A stretch of 32,402 bases of DNA. Origin: a virus. Location of the stretch: positions 1 through 32,402 of the IMG/VR virus record IMGVR_UViG_3300045988_151696, one strand, 5' to 3'. The position numbers were made by a program, and so were the translations under genes. Positions 1-9,300 of this stretch are shown in pieces; positions within the stretch are counted from its first letter, which is position 1; every line of letters starts with the position of its first letter. The notes under the pieces were generated by a model. The model saw nothing but the letters and a program-made list of their open reading frames with translations, searched no databases and was not told the DNA's origin.

Positions 1-119
1 ACTTTTTTTATTGACAAACCAATTTATTTTTTATATAATGGAGATACGAAAATGCTAAACGAGGGAGTAAATGATATGACAGCAGCAATCTATGCAATAA
101 ATGACATTTTAAAAGAGCC
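1..119. repeat. Left copy of a terminal direct repeat, identical to 32284..32402. Both copies are cut off by the window edges, so the true length may be greater.
   Basis: Exact identity was read directly. The period of 32,283 bp equals the unique genome length. The repeat contains a promoter and the first 23 codons of ORF 52..240. Confidence 0.95.
11..39 (+). promoter_or_regulatory. Consensus sigma-A type promoter TTGACA(11-16)-N17-TATAAT(34-39) with an A/T-rich upstream tract.
   Basis: Perfect -35 and -10 hexamers with a 17-nt spacer. The start codon at 52 lies only about 6 nt after the predicted transcription start, so the mRNA is short-leadered or leaderless. Confidence 0.5.
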
Positions 120-240
120 CCCCAAGGACTACACGGAAAAAGAAGCACGCAAAGTTCTTAGAGAATGTGGAATATTGACAACGAAAAATTCCATTAGAGT
201 AGAATACAAAGAACTCATAATTGACACCAAAAAGAAGTGA
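52..240 (+). CDS. Small 62-aa hypothetical protein, first gene of a two-gene cassette. It may be the partner, immunity or regulator of the downstream ART-like protein.
   Basis: The ORF follows the consensus promoter. Its TGA stop overlaps the downstream ATG (gTGATGa), which indicates translational coupling. Both GGAG at 40-43 and the promoter sit upstream. Confidence 0.55.
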   Translation: MLNEGVNDMTAAIYAINDILKEPPKDYTEKEARKVLRECGILTTKNSIRVEYKELIIDTKKK

Positions 241-875
241 TGAACAACATATCTTTTGATTCACAAATATACCAAAGACCAGCACAGTTTGTTTTGGGTT
301 TTCATGGTTGCGATAAAAAAGTAGCAGAAAAAGTTCTTTTATCAAACGATGGACATTTAACAAGCAGCGAAAATGGTTATGATTGGTTAGGTAATGGCAT
401 CTATTTTTGGCTAAACGATCCTCAAAGAGCACTCGAATGGGCTGAACAAGAAAAGAAACGAAAGCCCAATAAAATAACGACACCTTTTGTTATTGGGGCA
501 ATTATTGATTTAGGTTTATGCCTTAATTTCTGTGAAAGACAAGCCGTTGATTTAGTAAAAAAAAGTTATGAAGAATTAAAAAATGCTCTCAAAGCAGATG
601 GAAAAGAGATAAACAGCATTTATTCAAATACCATGCCGGATGCCGGAGGGTTTAATTTAGTACGAAAGTTAGATTATGCCGTTATACTAAATTTACATAG
701 GATGATGAAAGAAAAAGGACAAATGTTCGATACTGTATACGGATATTTCCAAGAAGGACAAGACGCATTTGAAGGAGCAGGAATAAAAGAAAAATCTCAT
801 ATTCAAATATGCGTACACAACCCCAATTGCATTAAAGGTTACTTTCTACCACGTAAAATTCCTAATAATATATAA
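240..875 (+). CDS. PARP/DarT-like ADP-ribosyltransferase-fold protein of the H-Y-E clade, 212 aa.
   Basis: FHGCD followed by AEKVLLSNDG matches the PARP beta1-alphaA signature H-G-S...A-G-I-L-S-Q-G. About 30 aa later, GYDWLGNGIYFW matches the PARP donor-loop and beta3 motif G-Y-M-F-G-K-G-I-Y-F-A. A possible beta5 lies at SHIQICV or YFQEG. GC content is about 36%, against about 50% in core genes. The track start at 237 is GTG; ATG at 240 is used here. Confidence 0.5.
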   Translation: MNNISFDSQIYQRPAQFVLGFHGCDKKVAEKVLLSNDGHLTSSENGYDWLGNGIYFWLNDPQRALEWAEQEKKRKPNKITTPFVIGAIIDLGLCLNFCERQAVDLVKKSYEELKNALKADGKEINSIYSNTMPDAGGFNLVRKLDYAVILNLHRMMKEKGQMFDTVYGYFQEGQDAFEGAGIKEKSHIQICVHNPNCIKGYFLPRKIPNNI

Positions 876-898
876 AGGCGGGGATATAATCCCCGCCT
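876..898. terminator. Bidirectional intrinsic terminator hairpin aggcgggga-tataa-tccccgcct.
   Basis: A perfect 9-bp GC-rich stem with a 5-nt loop lies between the convergent genes 240..875 (+) and 931..1770 (-). A/T tracts flank it. Confidence 0.6.
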
Positions 899-930
899 TA
901 AAACATATCCCCAAAATGGTAAGCTTCACT

Positions 931-1770
931 TCACCTCAAAAACTCCGCCGCCGCGTACCCGATGTACTCCTTGCCGCCATACTCAACGATAACGCAATCC
1001 CAAGTATACCCGTCAGTCTTACAGATAGCCTCCTGCACGATCTGTACGGTACGCCCTCGCGGTATGTAGAAAAATCTCTTGCCGTTCTGCGTCTGCGCCT
1101 TGCTTCTCAACGCAAGCGCGTCGGTCGTAACTTTGGTTCGAACCTCACCGCTGATAACGCCGAATTTAATCACTTTCTTCTTTTCCTCCTTTGGCAACTG
1201 TTTGAACTTCAATCCTCTCGCGTTCTTTATCGTCGTAAACTTCGGGTCTACAAAGAACAGCCTTTCAGGCTTATCCGTCCCGTGCGTTGTGGTTACAACC
1301 CAACTTCCCAGTGTGTTCTTCTGCCAGCCGCTGCCTTTCAGACCGCCCTTGCCCGCGGACATGTGAACATGGTTGCCGCTTGCGTGAGAAGTGCCTTCGT
1401 GCCCGATAAGTTCGCCGCGCTTGTATTTGCGTCCGACGTAAATACCGTTTCTGCCGAAATCGGAATTGTTCATGTGCACAAATTTTATCGTGCATATATC
1501 CCTTGTTCCGTCGGCAAAATCCACCTCGGAAGTAGAAACCAGCCACGCGCCGTTTGCGTGATTGTTGCCGGTTACGTCGCCCGCGATTTTGACAACTTCC
1601 ATTTCATCGCATGGGCAATAAAACGGTTCTCTGCCGGTGTCTTTACCCGCGATGTCTATCGGATAATCCGCAGGTGTTCCGTGTGAACTGATATAGTGCG
1701 AAGTTTTTCCGTCGTAAGTCTGGGTTATTCCCATAATCTTCATCGGAAACGTCAGATAGTTTTTGCTCAT
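931..1770 (-). CDS. Endolysin, a zinc metallopeptidase of the M23/LAS type with a C-terminal wall-binding region.
   Basis: GHEGTSHASGNHVHMS resembles the M23 G-x-x-G-x-S-x-G-x-H-x-H motif. PIDIAGKDTGREPFY..EVVKIAGD resembles the first M23 motif. It is the last gene of the late operon, immediately after the holins. ATG at 1770 has RBS GAAGGAGG; the track start at 1776 is TTG. Confidence 0.7.
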   Translation of the reverse strand: MSKNYLTFPMKIMGITQTYDGKTSHYISSHGTPADYPIDIAGKDTGREPFYCPCDEMEVVKIAGDVTGNNHANGAWLVSTSEVDFADGTRDICTIKFVHMNNSDFGRNGIYVGRKYKRGELIGHEGTSHASGNHVHMSAGKGGLKGSGWQKNTLGSWVVTTTHGTDKPERLFFVDPKFTTIKNARGLKFKQLPKEEKKKVIKFGVISGEVRTKVTTDALALRSKAQTQNGKRFFYIPRGRTVQIVQEAICKTDGYTWDCVIVEYGGKEYIGYAAAEFLR

Positions 1771-1772
1771 TT

Positions 1773-2033
1773 TCAATCCTCCTTCGGCTTTTCATAAGTC
1801 ATGGCTCTGTCGCTGTCCGTCATACCCGCGGTCGTCGGGTCTGTAACCACTCCGAGAACCGCAAGCACCGCAAACACGGCGTTTATAACCGCCGCTATTT
1901 GCTGATTGAGCACAACAAAGTCCCACGCGTAGCCGAAAAGGCTTGCCACGGTCTGAACGACAAGCAGCAATGCGGGCACTATCGCGAGCCAAAACGTCTT
2001 GTTTTTTAGTCTTACTTTCCAGTTAATTTTCAT
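1773..2033 (-). CDS. Holin (phage_holin_1 / phiLC3-LL-H-like), 86 aa.
   Basis: N-terminus is MKINWKVRLKNKTFWLAIVPALLL. There are two hydrophobic helices and a charged C-terminus. It sits directly upstream of the endolysin. Confidence 0.65.
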   Translation of the reverse strand: MKINWKVRLKNKTFWLAIVPALLLVVQTVASLFGYAWDFVVLNQQIAAVINAVFAVLAVLGVVTDPTTAGMTDSDRAMTYEKPKED

Positions 2034-2289
2034 GATGAAACATCTCCTGTTCTAAATCTTTAATTCTGTGATTCATTACTTTTACCTGTTCTTCCACCAC
2101 GGGCATGCGCTTTGCGAAATTGTTATGTTCGCGCACTTCCCGAGTCAGTTCGGTTATTCGCTCCTCGGTAACCGCCTGTTTTGCCTGTAATCTCTGTTCT
2201 GTCTTACGAGACGAGGCAAGAACCGAAATAACAGTTCCGACAAGCGCGAGACCGCCCGTAATAAGTGCCACAACTATCGCTTCCGTCAT
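2023..2289 (-). CDS. Small lysis-associated membrane protein with an N-terminal transmembrane helix and a coiled coil. It may be a second holin, an antiholin or XhlA-like.
   Basis: A hydrophobic stretch AIVVALITGGLALVGTVISVLA is followed by a charged coiled coil. The gene lies between the tail fibre and holin genes. RBS is GGGGGTG. Confidence 0.45.
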   Translation of the reverse strand: MTEAIVVALITGGLALVGTVISVLASSRKTEQRLQAKQAVTEERITELTREVREHNNFAKRMPVVEEQVKVMNHRIKDLEQEMFHHEN

Positions 2290-2301
2290 TCGCTCACCCC
2301 C

Positions 2302-4581
2302 TTATATACCTTGATTTCCTAAATAATTGGCAGCTGTAATCAGCCAATTCACCAAAATTTCTTCATTTGCTTTGTAGACATCTGCGGTAAATTCCGCATC
2401 GTTCGGAAAACCGTTAAACCCCTCAAGAAGCATACCTGCGAAATTGTTGTCAGTCGCCCAATCTCTTAATAACCCAATACCCGCCGAATTATTTAAAAAA
2501 CCTAAAATTGTATTGGGTTGATTGAGTTCATAATCAACGTTAAAGTTTGCGCTTATCGATGATAGTTGATATGCGACCGCATCAAGCAGTCTGTTGTAAT
2601 AAGCATCTGTACTTTGGCAAACTCCATAATAGTTGATGTAACTATATTGCGCGACAGAAGACGAACCGTTTGTGTGAAAATCTATAACGAGTGAAGCATC
2701 TGTGTTTCCTTGCAACAATGTTCGAACTATTTGAGTTTCAGGCTGGTCGAAAGGTGCCGCGCCGCCGTACTGTTCCGATGTCGGGTCGGCATTCAACTGC
2801 CAGTGCGAATCATAGTTCCTATTAAGATTTACTCCGTTCCCGTTTTTATAAGTTAAATGGTCAAAGCCATAGGTGTTCAGCACGGGAATAATCATCAATT
2901 CCACATGATTTCTCAAATATTCAAGTACAGAATGCTGTCTCCATCTATTTAATAAATTATCGACAAAACAATACAGACCGTATATATTTGATTTCTCAAA
3001 ACCGTGCTGTCCTGCGACAATGATTATTTTCGGGATAGCGGTTTTTTGATTTGAAAGTTTTGCAGGTTTAAAATCGTATAGATATATGTTCTGTTCGTCC
3101 GACGCTTGACCGAGCGTTGTTTCCGTAACATAGCCGCTATGCCCCGTGATAAGTGTTTTCCACGCCGCAATGAAAGTCGCGTATGTAGTATTTTTGGTGA
3201 AAGTGGTCGCATATTGTGAATTGACACCTTTGTAATAAGCAGACGGAATCACTCCCCAATTAACCGACCTGCGGTATGGGCTTGTTTGTTCCTTATCCGC
3301 TTTTGTATCGTCGTGTTTTAACGTATATGCTAACTCGCTTGGAACAACAGTGTCCCCGTCCACATATGTTTTTGTTATTGCATTTGTTCTTGCTTCGTCT
3401 GCCGTTTTACCTTCGACAACCATAGGTTCAATGACTTTAAGTTTTTCTGCGGTGCTTACGTCAGTAACCACTGTGGCGTTGATATGTATCATCATCTCCA
3501 CAACGTCAGTGGGTACAAAAATGGTAACCTGATTATTTTTATTGTAAACTATTTCAGGGTATTTATTGTACACTAATATGGTTCCATCGGACTTTTTTGC
3601 GTTTATACGCTGAATTAGCGGAGCATTTGGATAAGTCGTTCTTTCTCCATTGGCTTTAATGCTGAACGCATAATATTTGCCATAGGTAACAGGTATCCAG
3701 CCAGTAACAAAGTTTGCAGCAGTAGAGGAAACAATGCCTTCTACATTGTCTTGTAATCTACTTGAAAATGATACTTCGCTAACTTTCATAAGGTTGTAAT
3801 TTCCACCCGATACGGTTTTAACATCACAGCAAGCGTTAATAACTTTTTCGAGTTGCTCCGCGCCCGCTTTGTTAGCAAGCGCAGCCTTAACGGCTTTGTT
3901 CTGTACAGGATTTTCCGATGTCGCGGACAATTCCGCGTCTACGGCGGTCTTGTTCGCACCTGCTTCTACCCCGTCGAGTTTGTCTTTCAACTCCGTTGTG
4001 AAGTCGTTTGTCGAAAGCCCCTTGCCTGCGACCTTATCAACCTTGTTTTTAAAGTTTGAGTAAACGTTTCCTTCGACCTCTGTGATTTTTGCGTCTATTC
4101 TATCCAGCTCCTGAGGTACAGTTTCTTCAAGAAGAGACTTTGCGCTATCTGTGTAGTCGTTTGTCGAAAGTCCCTTTCCCGTAACCTTGTCTACCTTGTT
4201 TGCGATAATGTCGAGGATGTTTCGGTAGACATCAGGTGTGAATGCTTCGGCGGAAACATCGAGGATCGAACTTATACACGGAATCTGTGCGGGAGTAGAG
4301 GTTTTTAGCGTGTTTTCGGTGCTATCGCCCGCAAAAAAACCAACAAAAAGCATTTTTGCTTGTATTACCGCAGGCAGCGGGCAGGAAGTTCCCGTAAACG
4401 GGACATCTATATATGTATACTCGCCGCCTTTAATCCATACAAGACGAGCGGTTTTTGCGGAGATGTTTGTCCATTCATCGTCAAACGTGACGGTAAGCGT
4501 GTCGCTATCATTACCGCAGATAAGAGATTCTGTTGATGTAGTCTGCGCAACTCGTTTACTTACAGTAATCTTAAATTCCAT
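2302..4581 (-). CDS. Tail fibre / receptor-binding protein with tandem GKGLSTND(F/Y)T fibre repeats and a C-terminal M14 zinc-carboxypeptidase-like domain. It is likely a virion-associated peptidoglycan peptidase.
   Basis: The repeats are VDKVTGKGLSTNDYT and VDKVAGKGLSTNDFT. The C-terminal motifs are AGQHGFE (HxxE zinc ligands), IPVLNTYGFDH (NPDG-like), GVNLNRNY (GVDLNRNF-like) and LVIDFHTNG (third zinc His). RBS is AAGGAG. Confidence 0.65.
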   Translation of the reverse strand: MEFKITVSKRVAQTTSTESLICGNDSDTLTVTFDDEWTNISAKTARLVWIKGGEYTYIDVPFTGTSCPLPAVIQAKMLFVGFFAGDSTENTLKTSTPAQIPCISSILDVSAEAFTPDVYRNILDIIANKVDKVTGKGLSTNDYTDSAKSLLEETVPQELDRIDAKITEVEGNVYSNFKNKVDKVAGKGLSTNDFTTELKDKLDGVEAGANKTAVDAELSATSENPVQNKAVKAALANKAGAEQLEKVINACCDVKTVSGGNYNLMKVSEVSFSSRLQDNVEGIVSSTAANFVTGWIPVTYGKYYAFSIKANGERTTYPNAPLIQRINAKKSDGTILVYNKYPEIVYNKNNQVTIFVPTDVVEMMIHINATVVTDVSTAEKLKVIEPMVVEGKTADEARTNAITKTYVDGDTVVPSELAYTLKHDDTKADKEQTSPYRRSVNWGVIPSAYYKGVNSQYATTFTKNTTYATFIAAWKTLITGHSGYVTETTLGQASDEQNIYLYDFKPAKLSNQKTAIPKIIIVAGQHGFEKSNIYGLYCFVDNLLNRWRQHSVLEYLRNHVELMIIPVLNTYGFDHLTYKNGNGVNLNRNYDSHWQLNADPTSEQYGGAAPFDQPETQIVRTLLQGNTDASLVIDFHTNGSSSVAQYSYINYYGVCQSTDAYYNRLLDAVAYQLSSISANFNVDYELNQPNTILGFLNNSAGIGLLRDWATDNNFAGMLLEGFNGFPNDAEFTADVYKANEEILVNWLITAANYLGNQGI

Positions 4582-4591
4582 TTTTTTCTCC

Positions 4592-5641
4592 TTATTTTAT
4601 CGAGGATATCTTTCTTTTTGACGCAATCGCTGCTGTCAATATCGAGGATGATAACGTCGTTTTCGATCTTGTCGGATTCAAAAAATCCTCTTCGATAGCG
4701 GTCAAACCATATTCGTCATCTATTCCGAGGAAAGGGATTTTTACCTTGTATTTTTTTCCGGGAATAAGATCGGGGGTTACGACCGCTGATGCAGTAAATT
4801 CGGTTACAACTTTTTTTCTTTCGGCGAGACGTTGATTCGCGTAGGCTATCAATTCATCAACATCTGATGTGTCAACTTCTTCAAGCCCGATTATATTGCC
4901 GTATTTTTGGACACTTTGATAGTCGTATACCGTTCGTTCGAGCGTTCCGTCTTTATTTCTTGCGAGAATTCTGGTTGCGAAGTCCCCACTCGTTGAATTT
5001 ATTTTTACGTCGGTTATATTTTTGCCGCTTTCAAATGTCGTTTTTCCATCCGACGGAAAAAAATCGTCTCTTAACCATATACGGCGCACGTTTGATTTTA
5101 CATCGTAATGAAAAAGCAGTCCTATTGTTGATCCTGCGTCTGTGATACATTTATAGATACTCTGTCCGTTCTCCCAACCACCGAAAAAGTTGTATGTATT
5201 ATTTCCCTTTGTCGGACAGTCGGTCTCTCCGATAAGTTCGAATAGTGCATTGGTCGATGTGCCTTTATCTTCGTTATAAGCCTCAATGCAGCCGAGCAGG
5301 GCAGGGCGGATCGCACCGACAGTATACGGCGCGGAAAACCGACAAACATCTTTAAGGAAAGCAAGTTCGCCTTCAAGTTGATATGTCACAGACCCATTGT
5401 AAGTTTGAGAGGGGAGAAGAGGGCGTCCCCAAAACACAATATCATCATCACGATAGATCCGGATACAGTCTTTATAGGGGGCAAGCCCACCTGCGGCGAT
5501 TACTTTATGTTCGAGAGGAAAAGTTATATTTCCCGAGTTTATTGCGTTCGTTGTCCTTTTGATTTTAATTTCAAGTAAAGGATCTTTCCATTGTTCTTCG
5601 GATGTGTAGATTATCTCGTTATTTCGCTTAATTGTTATCAT
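4592..5641 (-). CDS. Tail-associated protein Tal (prophage tail endopeptidase N-terminal-domain-like baseplate hub).
   Basis: Its position between Dit and the fibre is typical for siphoviruses, and it is 349 aa. ATG at 5641 overlaps the Dit stop as ATGA. The track start at 5665 is GTG. Confidence 0.5.
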   Translation of the reverse strand: MITIKRNNEIIYTSEEQWKDPLLEIKIKRTTNAINSGNITFPLEHKVIAAGGLAPYKDCIRIYRDDDIVFWGRPLLPSQTYNGSVTYQLEGELAFLKDVCRFSAPYTVGAIRPALLGCIEAYNEDKGTSTNALFELIGETDCPTKGNNTYNFFGGWENGQSIYKCITDAGSTIGLLFHYDVKSNVRRIWLRDDFFPSDGKTTFESGKNITDVKINSTSGDFATRILARNKDGTLERTVYDYQSVQKYGNIIGLEEVDTSDVDELIAYANQRLAERKKVVTEFTASAVVTPDLIPGKKYKVKIPFLGIDDEYGLTAIEEDFLNPTRSKTTLSSSILTAAIASKRKISSIK

Positions 5642-6306
5642 GGGGTTAAGGTTCCTTCTTTCCACTTAATCGTTGTAGGCGCGCCGGAAATCCTGATGAC
5701 AGATTCTCCGCGAGGAATATATATTCCTGTTTGGAGGTTTACCCCTCCTTTTGCGGGGGAAGTATAGCTTTGAGAAGACCCTTTGAAGATTGTAAAGTAA
5801 TTACTCGCATCACATACGATCTCCGTTGCCGGTCTTCCATTGTTCGAAATGGTTATTTCTGCATTTCCATCACTCGGCGGAACAACGAGTTGTGTTCGAT
5901 ATTCGCTCCACAGGTACGGTTCCATTTTTCCCGTGATGACAACCGTCGAATAGTACGGCGATTCCGTCTTGTCGGTTACAGAAATTCTTCCCGACATTGT
6001 TTTTCGAGGAAAATCCGGAAAGGTAATCAAGGTTAAAAAACCGTCAAGGTTGTTTACCATATCCTCGATAATCAGCCGACGTGCATTGCGTGTCGCGAAA
6101 GACGAAATCAGCGTTATGCTCAATGTTCGCATCTCGTATCGAGGTGTGTTGTCGTACACGTCTGTGTAATCAATTTCCCCATCTCCATAAGCAATGCTAA
6201 GGTAATTGGTCTTCTGCTTCGGTTCGGACAAGGACCACTTATTAAGTGTGAAATGTCCGTCTGCCGCCGTGTCATATTCGCCGAGAATAAACCCTCTTTT
6301 AGTCAT
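5638..6306 (-). CDS. Distal tail protein (Dit, phage tail family protein).
   Basis: The gene lies immediately downstream of the tape measure, with an ATGA overlap on the TMP stop. It is 222 aa. Confidence 0.55.
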   Translation of the reverse strand: MTKRGFILGEYDTAADGHFTLNKWSLSEPKQKTNYLSIAYGDGEIDYTDVYDNTPRYEMRTLSITLISSFATRNARRLIIEDMVNNLDGFLTLITFPDFPRKTMSGRISVTDKTESPYYSTVVITGKMEPYLWSEYRTQLVVPPSDGNAEITISNNGRPATEIVCDASNYFTIFKGSSQSYTSPAKGGVNLQTGIYIPRGESVIRISGAPTTIKWKEGTLTP

Positions 6307-9300
6307 CAGAATACACCTCCCTCGGCAAGGGCGCGGCGTTCGCCGAGACGTTCGTCGATGTCGTCAATCGTTTCTCCGACAAGAACACGTCCGTCGAGAT
6401 ATATACTCTGCTTTTGGCTACCTATTAAGATTTCTGCAAGCGTGTCAAGTTTAGCCTCGATACGCGAATAGTCTGATAGTGCAGAGCTTTCGTATGAAGT
6501 AACTATATTCATTCTCGTTTGTCCATCCGCATTGTACGCATTTTTAATTTCGGCGATCTGCTCTCGCGCCCTGCGCTTTAATTCTTCGGTCTCGCCCGTG
6601 ATGCCGTCCGCTATGCCGAGAGCGAGAAATTTGCCGACTTCATCGCGAAATACCTTTGACGGGGACTTTATTTGCGCTGCTTGTTTTGCGGCGCGAACAG
6701 CTTCGTTTACAAATGCGGTAATTGGCGGCGCGAGCGCATAATGCTTGCTTTGGATTCCGGCTGCGATACCCTCCACCATGTTCTTACCGAGTTCCTGGTA
6801 TTTGTCCTTCGCTTCGACAATCTGACTTTTAACTTCTTTGATTCTTTCGTCTGCTTGTTTTTTTTGCTCTGCGGTCATGGATGCTTCGGTGTCTTTATAT
6901 TTTTCTTCCATTCGCGCAAGAACTGCCTCCAATTCAAGATACTCTTTTTTTGCTGCTTCTCTCTGCTCCTTAACTGCTTTTTCTGTCGCTGCGGCAGTTA
7001 TTGTAATACCCTTGTTGTATTGAGCAAGAATGTTTATTGCTTCATTCGTTTTTCCTTCCAAGAGGAGTGTTTTCGCCTTTTCATACTTGCTTATGTCATC
7101 GTTGTATTTTTTAAGATCCGCTTCAAGTGTCCGAGTGATGCGATCTCGTTTGTCGTACAACTCCGAAATATCTTCCCAATCTTTTTTTGCCTGCGCAAGC
7201 GCATCAGAGGCTTCTTCTCGTTCTCTTCTACTCCATCCGGCATTGTTGTACCTTTCAAGGGCTTCTTCATATTTTTTGCTTTTTTCAACAAGTTCATCCC
7301 ACGCCTCCGACGTTAAGAGTGCGTATTTTTTATACTCCTCTTCGGTCTTCGATACTTTTTGTACTGCCGCCGAATACGCTTCCAAATAAGGTTGGAGCAT
7401 TATCCGCGCTTTTTCGGCAGCGATAGCTTTTTCTATCGCACCGGGGATTTTTTCATATCCCGCTACGACACCATCAATCATTTGAATTTCAAGATCGAGG
7501 GCGTCATTGAGCTGGGAAATAATAAATTGTACTCGCGCTTGATCGCTTTCTTTTACCTTTCCGTTTGCGTCGGTAAGGCGCAGCAACTCCTGATAGAGCC
7601 TTTCCGTTTGGGCAAGCGATGATAATTCTGCCTCCGCCTTTTCCATCGCCGCTTGTTTTGCTTCATCATACGCTTTTGCCGTTTCAGACAATGCGTCATA
7701 ATGTTCTTTTTCCGCCTCTGTGAGTTTTTCGGTTTCCGTTTTTTCTTCACCCAATGACACACACAGTACCGCTATTCCCGCAACAAGGAGCGCTATTGCG
7801 GTTATAACAGCTCCTATCGGGTTTGCGGACATCGCGGCATTCCACAAGACTTGTGCCTTTGTTGCAAGTCCGACCCCTGCCGTCAATCCTTTGACCGCCG
7901 TTGTTACAGCCGTTACAGCTGATGTAACCTTCATCGCAGCGTTAAGCGCGGCAAAAGCGGCGACGACGGAAAAAGTTATATTGATAAGTGATTCGAGGTT
8001 CTCAACTACAAAGGATAGGGCATTCGCGACAACCGGAAGCACCTTTTTCGCGATATTCGCGAGGCTTTCGGAGAACTTTTTGATTGTGCTGTTTTTTTCA
8101 AGCGTTGTTATAAAATTCTGAACAGCGGGGATAACTTGCTTTTTTAATTGCGGGGTAAACTCCTTAACAAAACTTGCTTTGAGCGCTGTAAGTTTTGTTT
8201 GAACAGGTTCCATTGCCGCGCCGAGAGCCGCTTGCGCGTCGGTGTATTCGGATGTCGCTTTGCGCGCCTCAATAATACCTGCATTGTTATCTCTGTACTT
8301 TTGTGCTGCGTCAGCATAGAGTTCGTTCAGGGTCTCTGTTATAAACGCAGAGCGTTCTTGCTCTGTCGACAACTCTGAAAGTGCAATTTTGAAAAAGTCT
8401 TCGGCGCTTTTTGCCTCGGTAACTTTTTTATTATATTCTTCGTTTGCCTTTGTGTTTGCTTTCAGTCTTACTCCGAATGTTTCGCCTGCTGCCGATGCCC
8501 AGTTGAGTGCGTCGGTTAAAACGCCCGTCAATTCGCCGGTTTTGGCGGTTTCGTTTGCAGCCTCCGTCAACCCCTCGATGGGAAGCGAATCTCCGAACGT
8601 TCCCCAGATACCGGTGCAGATATCTGTCCATGTCGCCATGTCCTTTTCCGTGGAAACGAACTTCGCAAGGTGGTTAACCGCTTCAATGCTTCTATCTTCT
8701 TCTCCAAGAACCGAATAAAAATCCTTATATGTTTTCGTCGCGAGCTCTGTAGAGAGGTTCGCCGATTGAAAAGCTGTTTCAAGCTTTCCGATGTCTTCGC
8801 GATATTCCTGTGTTTCTTGTGCGAGAGACGATAGCCCGGATATGCAATTACCTATGGCAGATACGAGTTTACTCGCGAGATTTCCCGCGAGTGTTCCGAC
8901 TGCGACATCAAGTTTTGACAGACCTTTTTCTGCCTTTTCCGATTTTTCGTCTACATCTTTAATTTTTTCTGATGCTTTATTGGATTCGTCGCCGAGATCG
9001 TTTATTTTTTTCGCGACGTCTGCTGCTTCTTTTTCAAGTTTCCGAAGGTTTTGTTCAGCCTTGATGGTTTCGCGTTGCAGGGAACGAAAGGTTTCTTCTC
9101 CGATGTCACCGCGTTTTAACTGTTCCGCAGCGTTCTTTTCCGCCTCTCGAAGCATTTCAACTTCTTCCGCAGAATTGCTGACAGCCTCTGCAAGGATTTT
9201 TTGCTTTTGTGCGAGAAGTTCGGTATTTGTCGGATCAAGTTTCAGTAACTTATTTACATTTTTCAGTTCACCCGAAAGGGACGCGCTTTTGTCCCACACG

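Noticed and set aside
109-483. 124-aa minus-strand ORF
   Set aside because: It is antisense to the promoter-driven 52..240/240..875 cassette and begins inside its RBS-coupled junction.
916-1686. 256-aa plus-strand ORF
   Set aside because: It is antisense to the endolysin gene, shows no RBS logic, and is a GC-rich region artefact.
6672-7316. 214-aa plus-strand ORF and others inside the tape measure gene
   Set aside because: It is antisense to the 1025-aa TMP. The TMP reading frame is continuous with coiled-coil periodicity.
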